Shown here: piece after piece, positions 37,175 to 47,572 of the stretch
Layout: each line of letters starts with the position of its first letter
How positions within the stretch are numbered: the first letter of the stretch is position 1
Assembly: GCA_031408295.1 (NCBI GenBank)
Contig: JANNVW010000103.1
Coordinates: forward strand, 9,270 to 73,269
From: Ferruginibacter sp.
GTDB taxonomy: Bacteria; Bacteroidota; Bacteroidia; Chitinophagales; Chitinophagaceae
DNA: 64,000 bases
Direction: 5' to 3'
Position numbers and translations under genes: made by a program
Notes under the pieces: generated by a model
Told to the model about the DNA's origin: nothing
The model's database searches: none
Seen by the model: only the letters and a program-made list of their open reading frames with translations

Positions 37175-38557
37175 ATGAACAACGAAAAAATATATACCGC
37201 CGCAGATTTTGCAAGTTATTATGCAGGCAATATGCCCGCACAAGATATGCATGCACTTGAAAAAGCAGCATTGGAAGACCCATTTTTATCCGATGCGCTT
37301 GATGGCTACGCTTATGCTAACACGGCTGTGGCAGATACAGTGTCTTTAAATGAAAAATTAGCTATAAAGGAAAAAGCGGAAGCAAAAGTTTTATCTTTTT
37401 CTTCAAACAAAACCTGGCTTCGTGCAGCAGCATCTATAGCTATTGTATTCGGCTTGGGTTATTTGTTTTATAGTGTAAATAAAAAAGATGATTTACAACC
37501 ACTGGCCAAAAATGAATTGAAGCAGGAGGTAATAGCAGATTCTATAATTGTGGATACTAGTAAATCAATATCTGCTGATGAGTCAATTACTGAAAGGCAG
37601 ACAGTAATATCTCAAAATAGTACTGCTGCAAAAGCTAAAAACAATTTTGATATAACTAGAATACAACAACAAGACAATATTCCTGCTATAATACCACAAG
37701 AGTCAGCAGCGCCAGCTATCCCTAATAATGAAACGGCAATTGCTGATAAAGAAATTGATAAAAGTTTACGTAGAGATGCAAATACCGATGCCTTAGAGAA
37801 ACAAGCAGTAAACAAAGATTTGAATCAAAATAACCAATCTCAAAGCAATGCATTAAATTATTATAATTATAGTGGTGTTGTGCAAAAGCCTTCAGGAGGG
37901 CCAATGCAAAATGCTAATATTATTTTTAACAACACTGTTACTCAAACAGATAAAAATGGCAGGTTTAATTTTAAAGCAACAGATAGCAACATCAATGCTT
38001 CTATTGCTGCTGTTGGATTTATTAAACAAGATATAGTGCTAAATACAAATACAACCCCTGTGTTTAAATTAGATAAAGAAAGTAATTTACAAGAAGTAGT
38101 GGTAACTGGTTATGGTAATTCAAAAAGAAAAAAAGAACAATCTGCCGATGTAGTAGCTATTTCAAAAGCAGAATTGAATAAGAATAAAGATATAGATTTA
38201 GAAAAAGGGCTTGCTGGAAAAGTATCTGGTATGCAAGTAAAAAAAGAAAGTGATGATTATGCTTTAAGAGATTCTATATTTTTAAAAAAATTGAGCATTG
38301 ATGCAGAGAGAGAGAGAGCAACATTTAACAATTATGTTTTACAAAATATGAAACCCCAATTTGATGAAAAGGGTAATCAAATAAAAGGGAAAGTTGTTTT
38401 ATCATTTACCATAAACAAAAAAGGAAAACCAACAAAAGTAAAAGTAGAACAATCACTTACCCTAGCATGTGATCAGCAAGCCATTAAACTTTTAGAAAAT
38501 GCTCCTAAGTGGAGTATAAAAAAAGGAATGAGAGAAATGGTTACGGTAAATTTTTAA
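37175..38557 (+). CDS. anti-sigma factor-like membrane protein with CarboxypepD_reg-like and TonB-C-like domains
   Basis: Starts 1 nt after the sigma gene stop. Single TM (AASIAIVFGLGYLFY). C-terminal GKVVLSFTINKKGKPTKVKV. Confidence 0.55.
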   Translation: MNNEKIYTAADFASYYAGNMPAQDMHALEKAALEDPFLSDALDGYAYANTAVADTVSLNEKLAIKEKAEAKVLSFSSNKTWLRAAASIAIVFGLGYLFYSVNKKDDLQPLAKNELKQEVIADSIIVDTSKSISADESITERQTVISQNSTAAKAKNNFDITRIQQQDNIPAIIPQESAAPAIPNNETAIADKEIDKSLRRDANTDALEKQAVNKDLNQNNQSQSNALNYYNYSGVVQKPSGGPMQNANIIFNNTVTQTDKNGRFNFKATDSNINASIAAVGFIKQDIVLNTNTTPVFKLDKESNLQEVVVTGYGNSKRKKEQSADVVAISKAELNKNKDIDLEKGLAGKVSGMQVKKESDDYALRDSIFLKKLSIDAERERATFNNYVLQNMKPQFDEKGNQIKGKVVLSFTINKKGKPTKVKVEQSLTLACDQQAIKLLENAPKWSIKKGMREMVTVNF

Positions 38558-38572
38558 TTTATTTAATCGAAT

Positions 38573-38601
38573 GGTGCGTGAGACACGTACCAAGGCTTTT
38601 T
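38573..38601 (+). terminator. candidate intrinsic terminator
   Basis: ggtgcgtg-aga-cacgtacc (one G-U pair) followed by aaggcttttt. Confidence 0.45.
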
Positions 38602-38620
38602 GAAACGTTCGTTAAAATAA

Positions 38621-39742
38621 TCAATAATCTATCACCTGCTCCTTCATCTCTGGCATTACCCTCCATTCATATTGCTGAGTACGCAGCTGTGGCTCAAAGC
38701 CCGCCATGCGTATGGAATCTTGAATGGTTGTAGATGTGAACCGATGTGGAGCACCAGCTGCACTTACCACATTTTCTTCAATCATAATACTTCCAAAATC
38801 ATTTGCCCCTGCATTTAGGCAGAGCTGTGCAACTTCTTTACCCACAGTAAGCCAGCTTGCTTGTATATTTTTAATATTTGGTAGCATTATTCTGCTCATT
38901 GCTATCATACGAATATACTCCTCAGGTGTAGTAAGGTTATGTACGCCACGTATGCGAGCAAGCAAGGTATCTGCATCTTGAAACGTCCAAGGTATAAATG
39001 CTAAAAAACCTTTTGCATCTTCAGGTTTTCTACTTTGTACTTCTCTTATTTTTACCAAGTGGTCAAATCTTTCTTCTAACGTTTCTACGTGTCCAAACAT
39101 CATGGTTGCAGAAGTTGTAATGTTTAATTTGTGGCATTCATGCATTACATCTAACCACTCTTGAGCACCGCATTTTCCTTTACTTATAAGTCTACGTACT
39201 CTATCCGTCAATATTTCTGCACCTGCACCTGGCAGGCTATCCATGCCAGCTTCTTTAAGTGCTATTAAAACTTCTCTATGTGTGCTTTTTTCTAATTTGG
39301 TTATATGTGCTACTTCTGGTGGGCCTAGTGTATGTAGTTTTATATTTGGGTAAAGGCTTTTTAGTTCTTTAAATAAATTTACATAAAAAGATAAGCCAAG
39401 CTCAGGGTGATGGCCGCCTTGTAAAAGCAATTGATCTCCACCATACATGATAGTTTCTTCAATTTTTTTCTTGTAGGTTTCAATATCTGTTATGTAAGCA
39501 TCTTTGTGCCCAGGTATGCGATAAAAATTGCAAAACTTACAATTGGCAGTGCATACATTGGTGGTATTTACGTTTCTATCTATCTGCCAGGTTACTTTTC
39601 CGTGAGGTACTTGTATTTTTCTACATTCATTTGCTACAAACATTAATTGGGTTAATGCAGCGTTTTGGAACAAAAACACACCTTCATCTACAGAAAGGAA
39701 TTCAAAAGCTAGCGCTTTCTCTAATAATGCATCAACATTCAT
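38621..39742 (-). CDS. radical SAM enzyme, MqnC/MqnE (futalosine-pathway)/CofH family
   Basis: CTANCKFCNF (CxxxCxxC). 373 aa. GGDQLLLQGG and C-terminal FIPWTFQ pattern. Confidence 0.7.
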   Translation of the reverse strand: MNVDALLEKALAFEFLSVDEGVFLFQNAALTQLMFVANECRKIQVPHGKVTWQIDRNVNTTNVCTANCKFCNFYRIPGHKDAYITDIETYKKKIEETIMYGGDQLLLQGGHHPELGLSFYVNLFKELKSLYPNIKLHTLGPPEVAHITKLEKSTHREVLIALKEAGMDSLPGAGAEILTDRVRRLISKGKCGAQEWLDVMHECHKLNITTSATMMFGHVETLEERFDHLVKIREVQSRKPEDAKGFLAFIPWTFQDADTLLARIRGVHNLTTPEEYIRMIAMSRIMLPNIKNIQASWLTVGKEVAQLCLNAGANDFGSIMIEENVVSAAGAPHRFTSTTIQDSIRMAGFEPQLRTQQYEWRVMPEMKEQVIDY

Positions 39743-39894
39743 ATAAATTTTTTTAAAATTGCTTCACAAAATTACATTCATTAACTTGTAAAACATAAAA
39801 TTACAGCACTATAAAAACGATTTTTTATATAATATGGTTCTTTGTAGCACAAAATTGTGTTGCACAAAAGAATAGTGAGGTTGCTAAAGCAACA

Positions 39895-40995
39895 TTGCTT
39901 GAAACCATTCCAATAAAATTATATTCAGGAGGAGTAATAGTAATAGAAGCGTATATAAACAACAACTCAACAAAACTAAATTTTTTGTTAGATACTGGCA
40001 GTGGTGGAATATCATTAGACTCTAGCACATCTGTAGAGTTGGGTATAAAACTAAGAAAAACAGATACACTTGTAACAGGTATTGGTGGCACCAAAAATGT
40101 TTCTTATGCCTTTAATCAAATGCTTACAACGGGGTCTTTAAAAACAGATAGTTTAAATTTTTATGTAAACGACTACAGCTTGCTTAGTAGTGTGTATGGC
40201 GAAAAAATTGATGGTATAATTGGTTATAGTTTTATAAGTAGGTACATTATTAATATTAATTTTGACTCCTCTTACATTCAAATATATAGTCCAGGGAAGT
40301 ATACTTATGACGATGGTGGAACTGTATTAAAACCAGCATTTTCAAGACTTATTGCACACACTGTTAAGCTAAAAGATAAAAGCAAAGTAGATGCAAACTT
40401 ATACTTTGATACTGGTGCAGGACTTTGTGTACTACTAACCGATAATTTTGTAAAAGATAATAATATCTTATTGTCTAGAAGAAAACCAGTTATAACTCAG
40501 GTACAAGGGCTTGGAGGAAAAAAACCGATGCGACTAACTATTATAAAGCGGTTACAAGTGGGACCTTATGTTTTTAGGCATGTGCCTACAGATTTATATA
40601 ACGATGAAGAAAATATAACATCATATCCCTATACAGCAGGCCTGCTTGGTAACGAAATATTGAGAAGGTTTAATACTATATTAAATTATCCAGCAAAAGA
40701 AATACATATTAAGCCAAATTCAAATTTTTATGCTCCGTTTGATTATGCGTACACTGGAATGACATTGTACTATTATGATAAAAAAGTAATTGTAGATGAC
40801 ATAGTTCCAAAATCTCCTGCCGAAAAAGCAGGCTTAAAAAATGGTGATGAAATTGTTTGTGTGGCCAACAACTGCACTGGCAATGTGGATACTTATACAA
40901 ATATTATACAAAAAGTAAAAGAAACAGTAAGGATAATTGTGAATAGAAATGACAAAGTATTTTTTATCACATTATGGCCTACAAGTATTCGTTGA
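39895..40995 (+). CDS. retropepsin-like aspartyl protease with C-terminal PDZ domain
   Basis: LLDTGSGG and FDTGAG motifs, PDZ GLKNGDEIVCV. Only a TTG start is available; upstream in-frame codons read like the tail of a signal peptide (FVAQNCVAQ) but are cut by a TAA at 39829. Confidence 0.65.
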   Translation: MLETIPIKLYSGGVIVIEAYINNNSTKLNFLLDTGSGGISLDSSTSVELGIKLRKTDTLVTGIGGTKNVSYAFNQMLTTGSLKTDSLNFYVNDYSLLSSVYGEKIDGIIGYSFISRYIININFDSSYIQIYSPGKYTYDDGGTVLKPAFSRLIAHTVKLKDKSKVDANLYFDTGAGLCVLLTDNFVKDNNILLSRRKPVITQVQGLGGKKPMRLTIIKRLQVGPYVFRHVPTDLYNDEENITSYPYTAGLLGNEILRRFNTILNYPAKEIHIKPNSNFYAPFDYAYTGMTLYYYDKKVIVDDIVPKSPAEKAGLKNGDEIVCVANNCTGNVDTYTNIIQKVKETVRIIVNRNDKVFFITLWPTSIR

Positions 40996-41029
40996 ACTAA
41001 GTTTAAAGCTACACTTCGTACATTTGCAC

Positions 41030-42268
41030 ATGATTAAGTTTGAAAAATTTACTTTAGAAAATGGACTTAGGGTGCTGGTGCACGAAGATAAGAGCACGCC
41101 AATGGCAGTAGTAAATGTTTTGTACGATGTAGGTGCAAAAGACGAGCATCCAGAAAAAACTGGTTTTGCGCATTTGTTTGAGCACTTAATGTTTGGCGGC
41201 AGCATAAATATACCTGTGTATGACGAACCCTTACAAACAGCTGGCGGAGAAAACAATGCTTATACCACCAATGATATTACTAACTATTATTGTCAGCTAC
41301 CCGCAGAAAATATAGAAACCGCTTTTTGGTTAGAAAGTGATAGAATGTTGAGCCTAGCTTTTAGTAAAAAAAGTTTGGAGGTACAACGTAAAGTAGTATG
41401 CGAAGAATTTAAAGAGCATTATATAAGTAAGCCTTATGGAGATGTTTGGCATAAGCTGCGCAATTTGGTTTATACAACACACCCATATAAATGGATGACG
41501 ATTGGAGCATCACTAAAACATGTAGAAGATGCTACTTTAGATGATGTAAAAGCATTTTTTAAGAAACATTATAACCCATCTAATGCAATACTTACCGTAG
41601 CTGGAAATGTAGACGTAGCAAAAATTAAAGAATTAGTAGAAAAATGGTTTGGCCCAATACCTGCTGGAGAAAAATACAATCGTAGCTTACCTGTAGAGCC
41701 AAAACAAACTGCAGCAAGAGTGCTTGAAGTAAAAGCAGATGTGCCACTTGATGCGCTATATAAATGCTGGCATATTTATCCACGTACAGATGATAGGTAT
41801 TATACTGCAGATTTAATTTCCGATATTTTAAGTGGTGGTGGTTCTTCTCGTTTATACCAAAGTTTGGTAAAAGAGCAAAAGCTTTTTAGCAACTTAGATT
41901 GCTACCATATGGGTAGTACAGATGCTGGTATAATGGTAATAGAAGGTAAGCTTGTAAAAGGAGTTGATATTAAAAAAGCAGAAGTTGCTGTAAATGAAGA
42001 AATAAAAAAAATGCAAGCAACGGGTATTACTGTAGAAGAGCTAGAGAAAGTAAAAAATAAAACAGAAAGCGCCATGGCTTTTGAAGATATGAGTGTAATG
42101 AACAGAGCTTCTAGCATTGCTATGTATGAATTGCTTGGCGATGCAGACTTGATGAACAGTGAACTTGAAAAGTACAGAGCGGTAACTGCCGAAAATATTT
42201 TGGAACAAACAAGAATTATTTTTGATGATAATAATTGTAGTACGATGTATTATTTGAGTAATAATTAA
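41030..42268 (+). CDS. M16 family zinc peptidase (active subunit)
   Basis: HLFEHLMF (HxxEH). ATG at 41030 (MIKFEKFTLENGLRV). Confidence 0.85.
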   Translation: MIKFEKFTLENGLRVLVHEDKSTPMAVVNVLYDVGAKDEHPEKTGFAHLFEHLMFGGSINIPVYDEPLQTAGGENNAYTTNDITNYYCQLPAENIETAFWLESDRMLSLAFSKKSLEVQRKVVCEEFKEHYISKPYGDVWHKLRNLVYTTHPYKWMTIGASLKHVEDATLDDVKAFFKKHYNPSNAILTVAGNVDVAKIKELVEKWFGPIPAGEKYNRSLPVEPKQTAARVLEVKADVPLDALYKCWHIYPRTDDRYYTADLISDILSGGGSSRLYQSLVKEQKLFSNLDCYHMGSTDAGIMVIEGKLVKGVDIKKAEVAVNEEIKKMQATGITVEELEKVKNKTESAMAFEDMSVMNRASSIAMYELLGDADLMNSELEKYRAVTAENILEQTRIIFDDNNCSTMYYLSNN

Positions 42269-42284
42269 TCTAGTAAAAATAATT

Positions 42285-42467
42285 ATGCTAACAAAGGATA
42301 AACTAATAGAAATAATAAACCATATGCCTGATGAAAAATTCTGCAATATTGAAAGTTTATTAGAAGAGATAATATTATTTGATAAAATAGAAAATAGTTT
42401 ACAAGCAGCATCCAGAGGTGAAGTGCACACAGAAGAAGAAATGGAGCAAATTATCTCTAAATGGTAG
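42285..42467 (+). CDS. small hypothetical protein (antitoxin-like two-helix pattern)
   Basis: 60 aa: KLIEIINHMPDEKF..LLEEIILFDKIE...AASRGEVHTEEEMEQIISKW. Confidence 0.4.
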   Translation: MLTKDKLIEIINHMPDEKFCNIESLLEEIILFDKIENSLQAASRGEVHTEEEMEQIISKW

Positions 42468-42528
42468 AAGTTAAAATAAGATTCTAAAATCTTTTCAAAC
42501 CAAACAATAAAACAATAGAACAATTTAC

Positions 42529-43809
42529 ATGCTCAACAGAACCATAGCACCACCCATAACAGACGCTACCGATTTTAATTTAAAACTAAAACCATATGAC
42601 CTTTTTCATTTGGATAATGGAGTACCTGTATACACAATAGACGCAGGTGCACAAGATGTATTACAAATAGAATTGGTATTTTATGCCGGCAATTTTTTTG
42701 AAAAAAATAAAGGTGTAGCTTCTGCAACTAACTTTTTATTAAAGAATGGAACTGCCACTCGTACTGCATTTCAATTAAATGAAACGTTTGATTACTACGG
42801 TGCAAGTTGCTCAAGGGCTTGCTATAACGAAACATCTACATTGTCTTTGCATACATTAAGTAAGCATACCGATAAGTTATTGCCATTGATGAATGATATG
42901 CTTATTAATTCTGTTTTTCCACAAGAAGAGTTAAATATTTTTAAGCAAAATTCTAAGCAACGCCTTACTGTTAATTTACAAAAATGTGAGTATGTAGCGG
43001 CAAGAAAAATTGACGCTTTATTGTATGGCGAAAGCCACCCTTATGGTGCATTTACTAACCCAGAGGATTTGGATGGCTTAGAAGTAGAAGATATAAAATC
43101 TTTTTACAAACAGTATTATTTAAATGGCAATTGCGCCATTTTTGTAGCGGGAAAATTACCTTTAAATATTGAAACATTATTAAACGAAAATTTTGGAAAA
43201 CTTGCATTAACCAAGCCAAGTTTTATTGTTTCAGAAATAAAAACCATACAAGCTTTAGAAAAAAAGCATATCATACAGAATGATGAAAATGCGGTGCAGG
43301 GAGCTATAAGAATTGCACAACCATTTCCCAATCGCCACCACGAAGATTTTAAAAAAGTAATTGTATTGAATACAATTTACGGAGGTTATTTTGGCTCAAG
43401 ACTAATGAGTAATATTAGAGAAGAGAAAGGTTACACTTATGGCATAAGCAGCTATTTGCAAAATCATATGCAAGAAAGTGCATGGATGATAAGCACAGAA
43501 GCAGGAAAAGATGTATGTGATGCTACGATAGCAGAGGTTTATAAAGAAATGAAAATAATGAGGGACGAATTGATAGATGATGAAGAACTTTCTCTGGTAC
43601 GCAATTATATGATTGGTGGAATTTTGGGAGACCTAGATGGACCTTTTCAAATTATTGCTAAATGGAAAAATATTATTTTGAATAACTTAGGAGAAAAATA
43701 TTTTTATGACTCCATAGATGCAGTTAAAAATACAGGTGCAGAGGAATTGCAGGTATTGGCACAAAAATATTTACAACCTGAGAAGTTTTATGAGTTGGTG
43801 GTGTATTAA
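42529..43809 (+). CDS. M16 family peptidase-like protein (no HxxEH, non-catalytic subunit)
   Basis: Collinear with M16 architecture but lacks the zinc motif. Paired with 41030-42268. Confidence 0.75.
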   Translation: MLNRTIAPPITDATDFNLKLKPYDLFHLDNGVPVYTIDAGAQDVLQIELVFYAGNFFEKNKGVASATNFLLKNGTATRTAFQLNETFDYYGASCSRACYNETSTLSLHTLSKHTDKLLPLMNDMLINSVFPQEELNIFKQNSKQRLTVNLQKCEYVAARKIDALLYGESHPYGAFTNPEDLDGLEVEDIKSFYKQYYLNGNCAIFVAGKLPLNIETLLNENFGKLALTKPSFIVSEIKTIQALEKKHIIQNDENAVQGAIRIAQPFPNRHHEDFKKVIVLNTIYGGYFGSRLMSNIREEKGYTYGISSYLQNHMQESAWMISTEAGKDVCDATIAEVYKEMKIMRDELIDDEELSLVRNYMIGGILGDLDGPFQIIAKWKNIILNNLGEKYFYDSIDAVKNTGAEELQVLAQKYLQPEKFYELVVY

Positions 43810-43810
43810 T

Positions 43811-43882
43811 TTGTTGCGGGTTTAAGAGTTACGGGTTGCGGGTTAGTTCACATGGCTCAATCAACAATTTAACAATTTAACC
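43811..43882. repeat. intergenic word repeats ((GTT)RCGGGTT x3; AACAATTT x2)
   Basis: gttgcgggtt / gttacgggtt / gcgggtt at 43813-43844. aacaattt aacaattt at 43863-43878. Confidence 0.6.
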
Positions 43883-43892
43883 ATTTTTTAAA

Positions 43893-44240
43893 ATGAACTT
43901 CATTATTAAAATACTCATTTCCGCAGTAGTGGCTTTTGTGCTTTCAAAAATATTATCTGGTGTGCATATAGATAATATTTTTACAGCCTTAATATTTGCA
44001 GTTGTACTTGCCGCATTAGATGCGATAGTAAAGCCAATACTTGTAGTGCTTACACTTCCTGTAACGGTCGTAACCCTTGGTTTATTTCTTTTTGCTATAA
44101 ATGCTATTGTAATATTATTGGCAGCTAGATTGATAGAAGGGATAAAGATTGATGGCTTTTGGTGGGCAATGTTATTTAGCATTATACTTTCTATATTTGA
44201 TACTGCTGTACAAAAATCTATGGACAAGGGTAAGTCGTAA
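43893..44240 (+). CDS. DUF360-type (phage holin family IV-like) small membrane protein
   Basis: 115 aa, 4 TM helices. Motif IVKPILVVLTLPVTVVTLGLFLF. Confidence 0.6.
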   Translation: MNFIIKILISAVVAFVLSKILSGVHIDNIFTALIFAVVLAALDAIVKPILVVLTLPVTVVTLGLFLFAINAIVILLAARLIEGIKIDGFWWAMLFSIILSIFDTAVQKSMDKGKS

Positions 44241-44355
44241 TTAATAATACAAATGAAATATTTTAAATTTGTGAAATGAGCCACTAAAAGAATTATTCAA
44301 CTTAAAATTAGTTGTTGGCGAATTCTATGTGGCTAATAGCAATAAAAATGAACAC

Positions 44356-44568
44356 ATGAAAAAGCTTATATTTTTTTTATTGATAATAATAGCTAGTTTA
44401 AACAGTATTGCCCAATGCTCTATGTGTACAAAAACAGCATCGCAACTGGGAGAAAAACCTGCCCAAGGCTTAAACTCCGGTATTTTATATTTAATGTTTA
44501 CACCATTTATTATTGTGGGATTTGTGGCTTGGAGATGGTGGAAAGGAAATAAGGCAACAGAAATATAA
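44356..44568 (+). CDS. small membrane protein
   Basis: Signal-like MKKLIFFLLIIIASLNSIAQC plus a C-terminal TM. The start at 44356 is preferred over the GTG at 44329. Confidence 0.4.
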   Translation: MKKLIFFLLIIIASLNSIAQCSMCTKTASQLGEKPAQGLNSGILYLMFTPFIIVGFVAWRWWKGNKATEI

Positions 44569-44574
44569 TACAAT

Positions 44575-45702
44575 ATGCAGGATAAAAAAAGCCGTATTTT
44601 ATTAGCACAACTTAACTCCAATGGAGATTGTTTGTACGCTACTGTTATTGCAAGACAAATAAAAGAAGTAGATTATCCTAAGGCTCACCTTACATGGGCA
44701 GTAAATACAAAATGCTTGCAATCTGTTTTATTAAACCCTTATGTAGATGAAATATGGGAGATACCAACAACAGCTTCGCTAACCACACTTGCCGAATGGG
44801 ATGCATTTGTTGAAGTAGCAGAAAATAGAAAAAAAGCAGGCGAATTTGATAAAATATTTTATACGCAAATAATAGGGAAAACAACTTTGGATTTTGATGG
44901 CGGCATTCGGTCTACAATTTATTTGCAGTATCCTCATAAAATAACGGTAAATCAGCAACCCATCATTAAACTCTCTCAGGAAGAAATGATTTCGGTAAAA
45001 TTATTTGCAAACAAAAATCAGCTTCACAAATTCAAAAATATAATATTAATAGAGTGTGGGCCAGATAGTTTTAAATCTTCATTAAACCCAGAGTCTGCAA
45101 AATATATTGCAGATCAACTAACGAATAATGACCCAAGTATAGCAGTTATTTTATCATCAAATAAAAAAATTGAAAGCACAACTACACAAATAATAGATGG
45201 CAGTATACTTAGTTTTAGAGCAAATGCTGAACTTACAAAATACTGTACACTTTTTGTTGGTTGCTCTAGTGGTATATCTTGGCTTACAACTACTAATTGG
45301 GCAAAGCCATTACAAAAAATAATAGTAGTAAATGATACCAACTATTATAACAGCTCTATGATTTATGATCATCAATATGCAAAGCTTGATACAACTAATA
45401 TTATTGAGCTAAAAGAAAAAGAGGATACCTCCGCAACATTGTTGAATTGTATTACAGATACAATTCAAAATTCTTTTGAAACAGCTAAGAAAAAATACCA
45501 TTCCCCTTTTAAATTAATAAATTTTGAATTTTTTAAACAACTACTTGTTGTAAACAAACATAGTGGCAACCACACAGCTCTTTTTTCTGCTACATATAAT
45601 ATTATAAAAAGGAATGGGCTAAAAAGGAAACCTATTTTACTTTTTCTTAAAAATTTTATTCTATTGCCAAAGTATTTTTTTAAATATAAAAAAAGTGTGT
45701 AG
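44575..45702 (+). CDS. glycosyltransferase family 9 (heptosyltransferase)-like protein
   Basis: N-terminal RILLAQLNSNGDCLYATVIARQIKEVDYPKAHLTWAV resembles the GT9 hhhhRxxxxGDxxxxxP...ItW pattern. Confidence 0.4.
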   Translation: MQDKKSRILLAQLNSNGDCLYATVIARQIKEVDYPKAHLTWAVNTKCLQSVLLNPYVDEIWEIPTTASLTTLAEWDAFVEVAENRKKAGEFDKIFYTQIIGKTTLDFDGGIRSTIYLQYPHKITVNQQPIIKLSQEEMISVKLFANKNQLHKFKNIILIECGPDSFKSSLNPESAKYIADQLTNNDPSIAVILSSNKKIESTTTQIIDGSILSFRANAELTKYCTLFVGCSSGISWLTTTNWAKPLQKIIVVNDTNYYNSSMIYDHQYAKLDTTNIIELKEKEDTSATLLNCITDTIQNSFETAKKKYHSPFKLINFEFFKQLLVVNKHSGNHTALFSATYNIIKRNGLKRKPILLFLKNFILLPKYFFKYKKSV

Positions 45703-45706
45703 GTTT

Positions 45707-46618
45707 TTATAAAGCAGCATTATTTTTTAAATAATCGGCTACAAATTTATATAGGTTAAAACTATTTTCCGTTTGTTCTATTTTTTGTTTTAGATTAGCT
45801 TTATCTACATGCTTCATCATTTCTTTTTGTATAAGGTAATAAGCTTTTTCTGCTAGTAGCCAAGTTTTTTTGGGGTTTAGGTTTTGTGTTTGTATTATTT
45901 TTTCAATAGCCATTTTCATTTCTGCAACCCCTTCATTTTTTGAGGCAATTGTTTTTATTACTTCTATTTCTTGCTTATGGTTACTGAATGCTGGAGCCAG
46001 CATTAGCTTAAGGTTTTTTACAAAAGTACTAGCACCAGGCCTGTCTGCTTTATTTACAACAAACATGTCAGCTATTTCCATAATACCAGCCTTCATAGTT
46101 TGTATTTCATCTCCCGCCTCTGGTACAATGGTTACAATAGTTAAATCTGCTAGCCCAGCAATTTCTATTTCGCTTTGTCCTACACCTACTGTTTCTATAA
46201 TGATATAATCAAAGTCGGCAGCTTTAAGAAGATCTGTTATTTCAATAATTTTTGGATGTAACCCACCCAGTGACCCCCTTGTAGCCAAAGAACGAATAAA
46301 AACGGCACTATTTGTATACCAGCGACTCATTCTTATTCTATCGCCCAATAGAGCACCTAAATTAAATGGAGATGATGGGTCAACACAGAGCACAGCTACC
46401 TTTTTATTGTCTTTTACGTACTCTCCAATAAGCGCATCTGTGAGTGTGCTTTTTCCAGCACCTGGAGGTCCAGTAATGCCTATAACAGGCACATTATGCA
46501 TGGGTAAACTTTGCATAAAAATGTCATATCCTTCCGCCTCATTTTCTACCAACGAAATGCAGCGTGCAAGACTTTTTCTATCGCCTAATTTTATTTTATC
46601 TAAGATGTTATTCCACAT
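45707..46618 (-). CDS. meaB: methylmalonyl-CoA mutase-associated GTPase MeaB/ArgK family
   Basis: GITGPPGAGKSTL, ETVGVGQSE and NKAD. Confidence 0.8.
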   Translation of the reverse strand: MWNNILDKIKLGDRKSLARCISLVENEAEGYDIFMQSLPMHNVPVIGITGPPGAGKSTLTDALIGEYVKDNKKVAVLCVDPSSPFNLGALLGDRIRMSRWYTNSAVFIRSLATRGSLGGLHPKIIEITDLLKAADFDYIIIETVGVGQSEIEIAGLADLTIVTIVPEAGDEIQTMKAGIMEIADMFVVNKADRPGASTFVKNLKLMLAPAFSNHKQEIEVIKTIASKNEGVAEMKMAIEKIIQTQNLNPKKTWLLAEKAYYLIQKEMMKHVDKANLKQKIEQTENSFNLYKFVADYLKNNAAL

Positions 46619-46633
46619 TTATGCTAAAGTAAG

Positions 46634-47572
46634 TTAAAGTTTATTATAAAGGCTTTCTACTAAACTTTCAAATTGGGGTTGATACATAAAATCATTTGCA
46701 CCAGGCCCCTCAACAATAACATTTGGTATTTTGTAATATACTTCTAGCAATCTATTTACTTTTAAAGCTTCCGCCAAAGAAAAAGGAAATGATTGATTGC
46801 CAACAAAAAATTTACAGCCGTTTATTAAAGAAGCCATTTCAAGAAAATCAACAACCTTTCTCCATTTAATAGAAGGAATTATTAGTTTAATATCATCATA
46901 CTCCTCCTCCACACCAATAAAAATAAGATTAGGATATTTTTTTAAAAAGCTATAATCTATTAATGGGTTTCTGTATCTTTTACTCCTAGCAATGATTATG
47001 CAATCGCTAACGGATATATCTTTTGGTGCTACAAGCCAAGGGTTATGAAGCGGAGCACTTATACCAAAAATATAGAAATACCATCTGCTAATACTTCCTC
47101 TATCTTGAAAAAATGTATAGGATCTAAAGATGTCCAAATCATAGTCTATATTTTGCCCATTAAATATTTCACAGTTTTCTATTTCGGGTTGAAATAGTAA
47201 TAATGGTATAAGCATTTTTGCCATTCCTTCGTTAAAACTAACATAATCTGATGTGTGATATACCTCATGTACTTTTTTAGGATTGGTATTTAAAAAAATA
47301 ATCGCTTTGCCATTTTTTTTTAGTGTAAGAATAGTTGGCAATGCATAAATTATATCGCCACAATTGCCACTATGCAAAAATGTTGTTGTGTTTCTATTAT
47401 TGTATTCAAGTGAGGGGTGTGCAATATTAGCGGAAAGCATTGCAAAATACTCATCCGATTTAGTGGAGGAAAAACTTTCTTGTTGTATAGCTATTTTATA
47501 TTTCTTATACTGTGCTTTATTGGTATATTTTAAATACCATTTTTGAAGTATAGTTAGCTTTTTTAATGACAT
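46634..47572 (-). CDS. hypothetical protein (possibly GT9-like)
   Basis: LHSGNCGDIIYALPTI is a weak GT9-like N-terminal pattern. Confidence 0.3.
   Translation of the reverse strand: MSLKKLTILQKWYLKYTNKAQYKKYKIAIQQESFSSTKSDEYFAMLSANIAHPSLEYNNRNTTTFLHSGNCGDIIYALPTILTLKKNGKAIIFLNTNPKKVHEVYHTSDYVSFNEGMAKMLIPLLLFQPEIENCEIFNGQNIDYDLDIFRSYTFFQDRGSISRWYFYIFGISAPLHNPWLVAPKDISVSDCIIIARSKRYRNPLIDYSFLKKYPNLIFIGVEEEYDDIKLIIPSIKWRKVVDFLEMASLINGCKFFVGNQSFPFSLAEALKVNRLLEVYYKIPNVIVEGPGANDFMYQPQFESLVESLYNKL

Noticed and set aside
43893-44240. Holin-family protein as a sign of a prophage
   Set aside because: It is a DUF360-type small membrane protein flanked by housekeeping genes. No phage structural, lysis or integrase genes are nearby.
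45707-46618. MeaB GTPase as part of a methylmalonyl-CoA mutase operon
   Set aside because: No mutase subunit genes are adjacent. It sits alone between glycosyltransferase-like genes, so no pathway claim is made.
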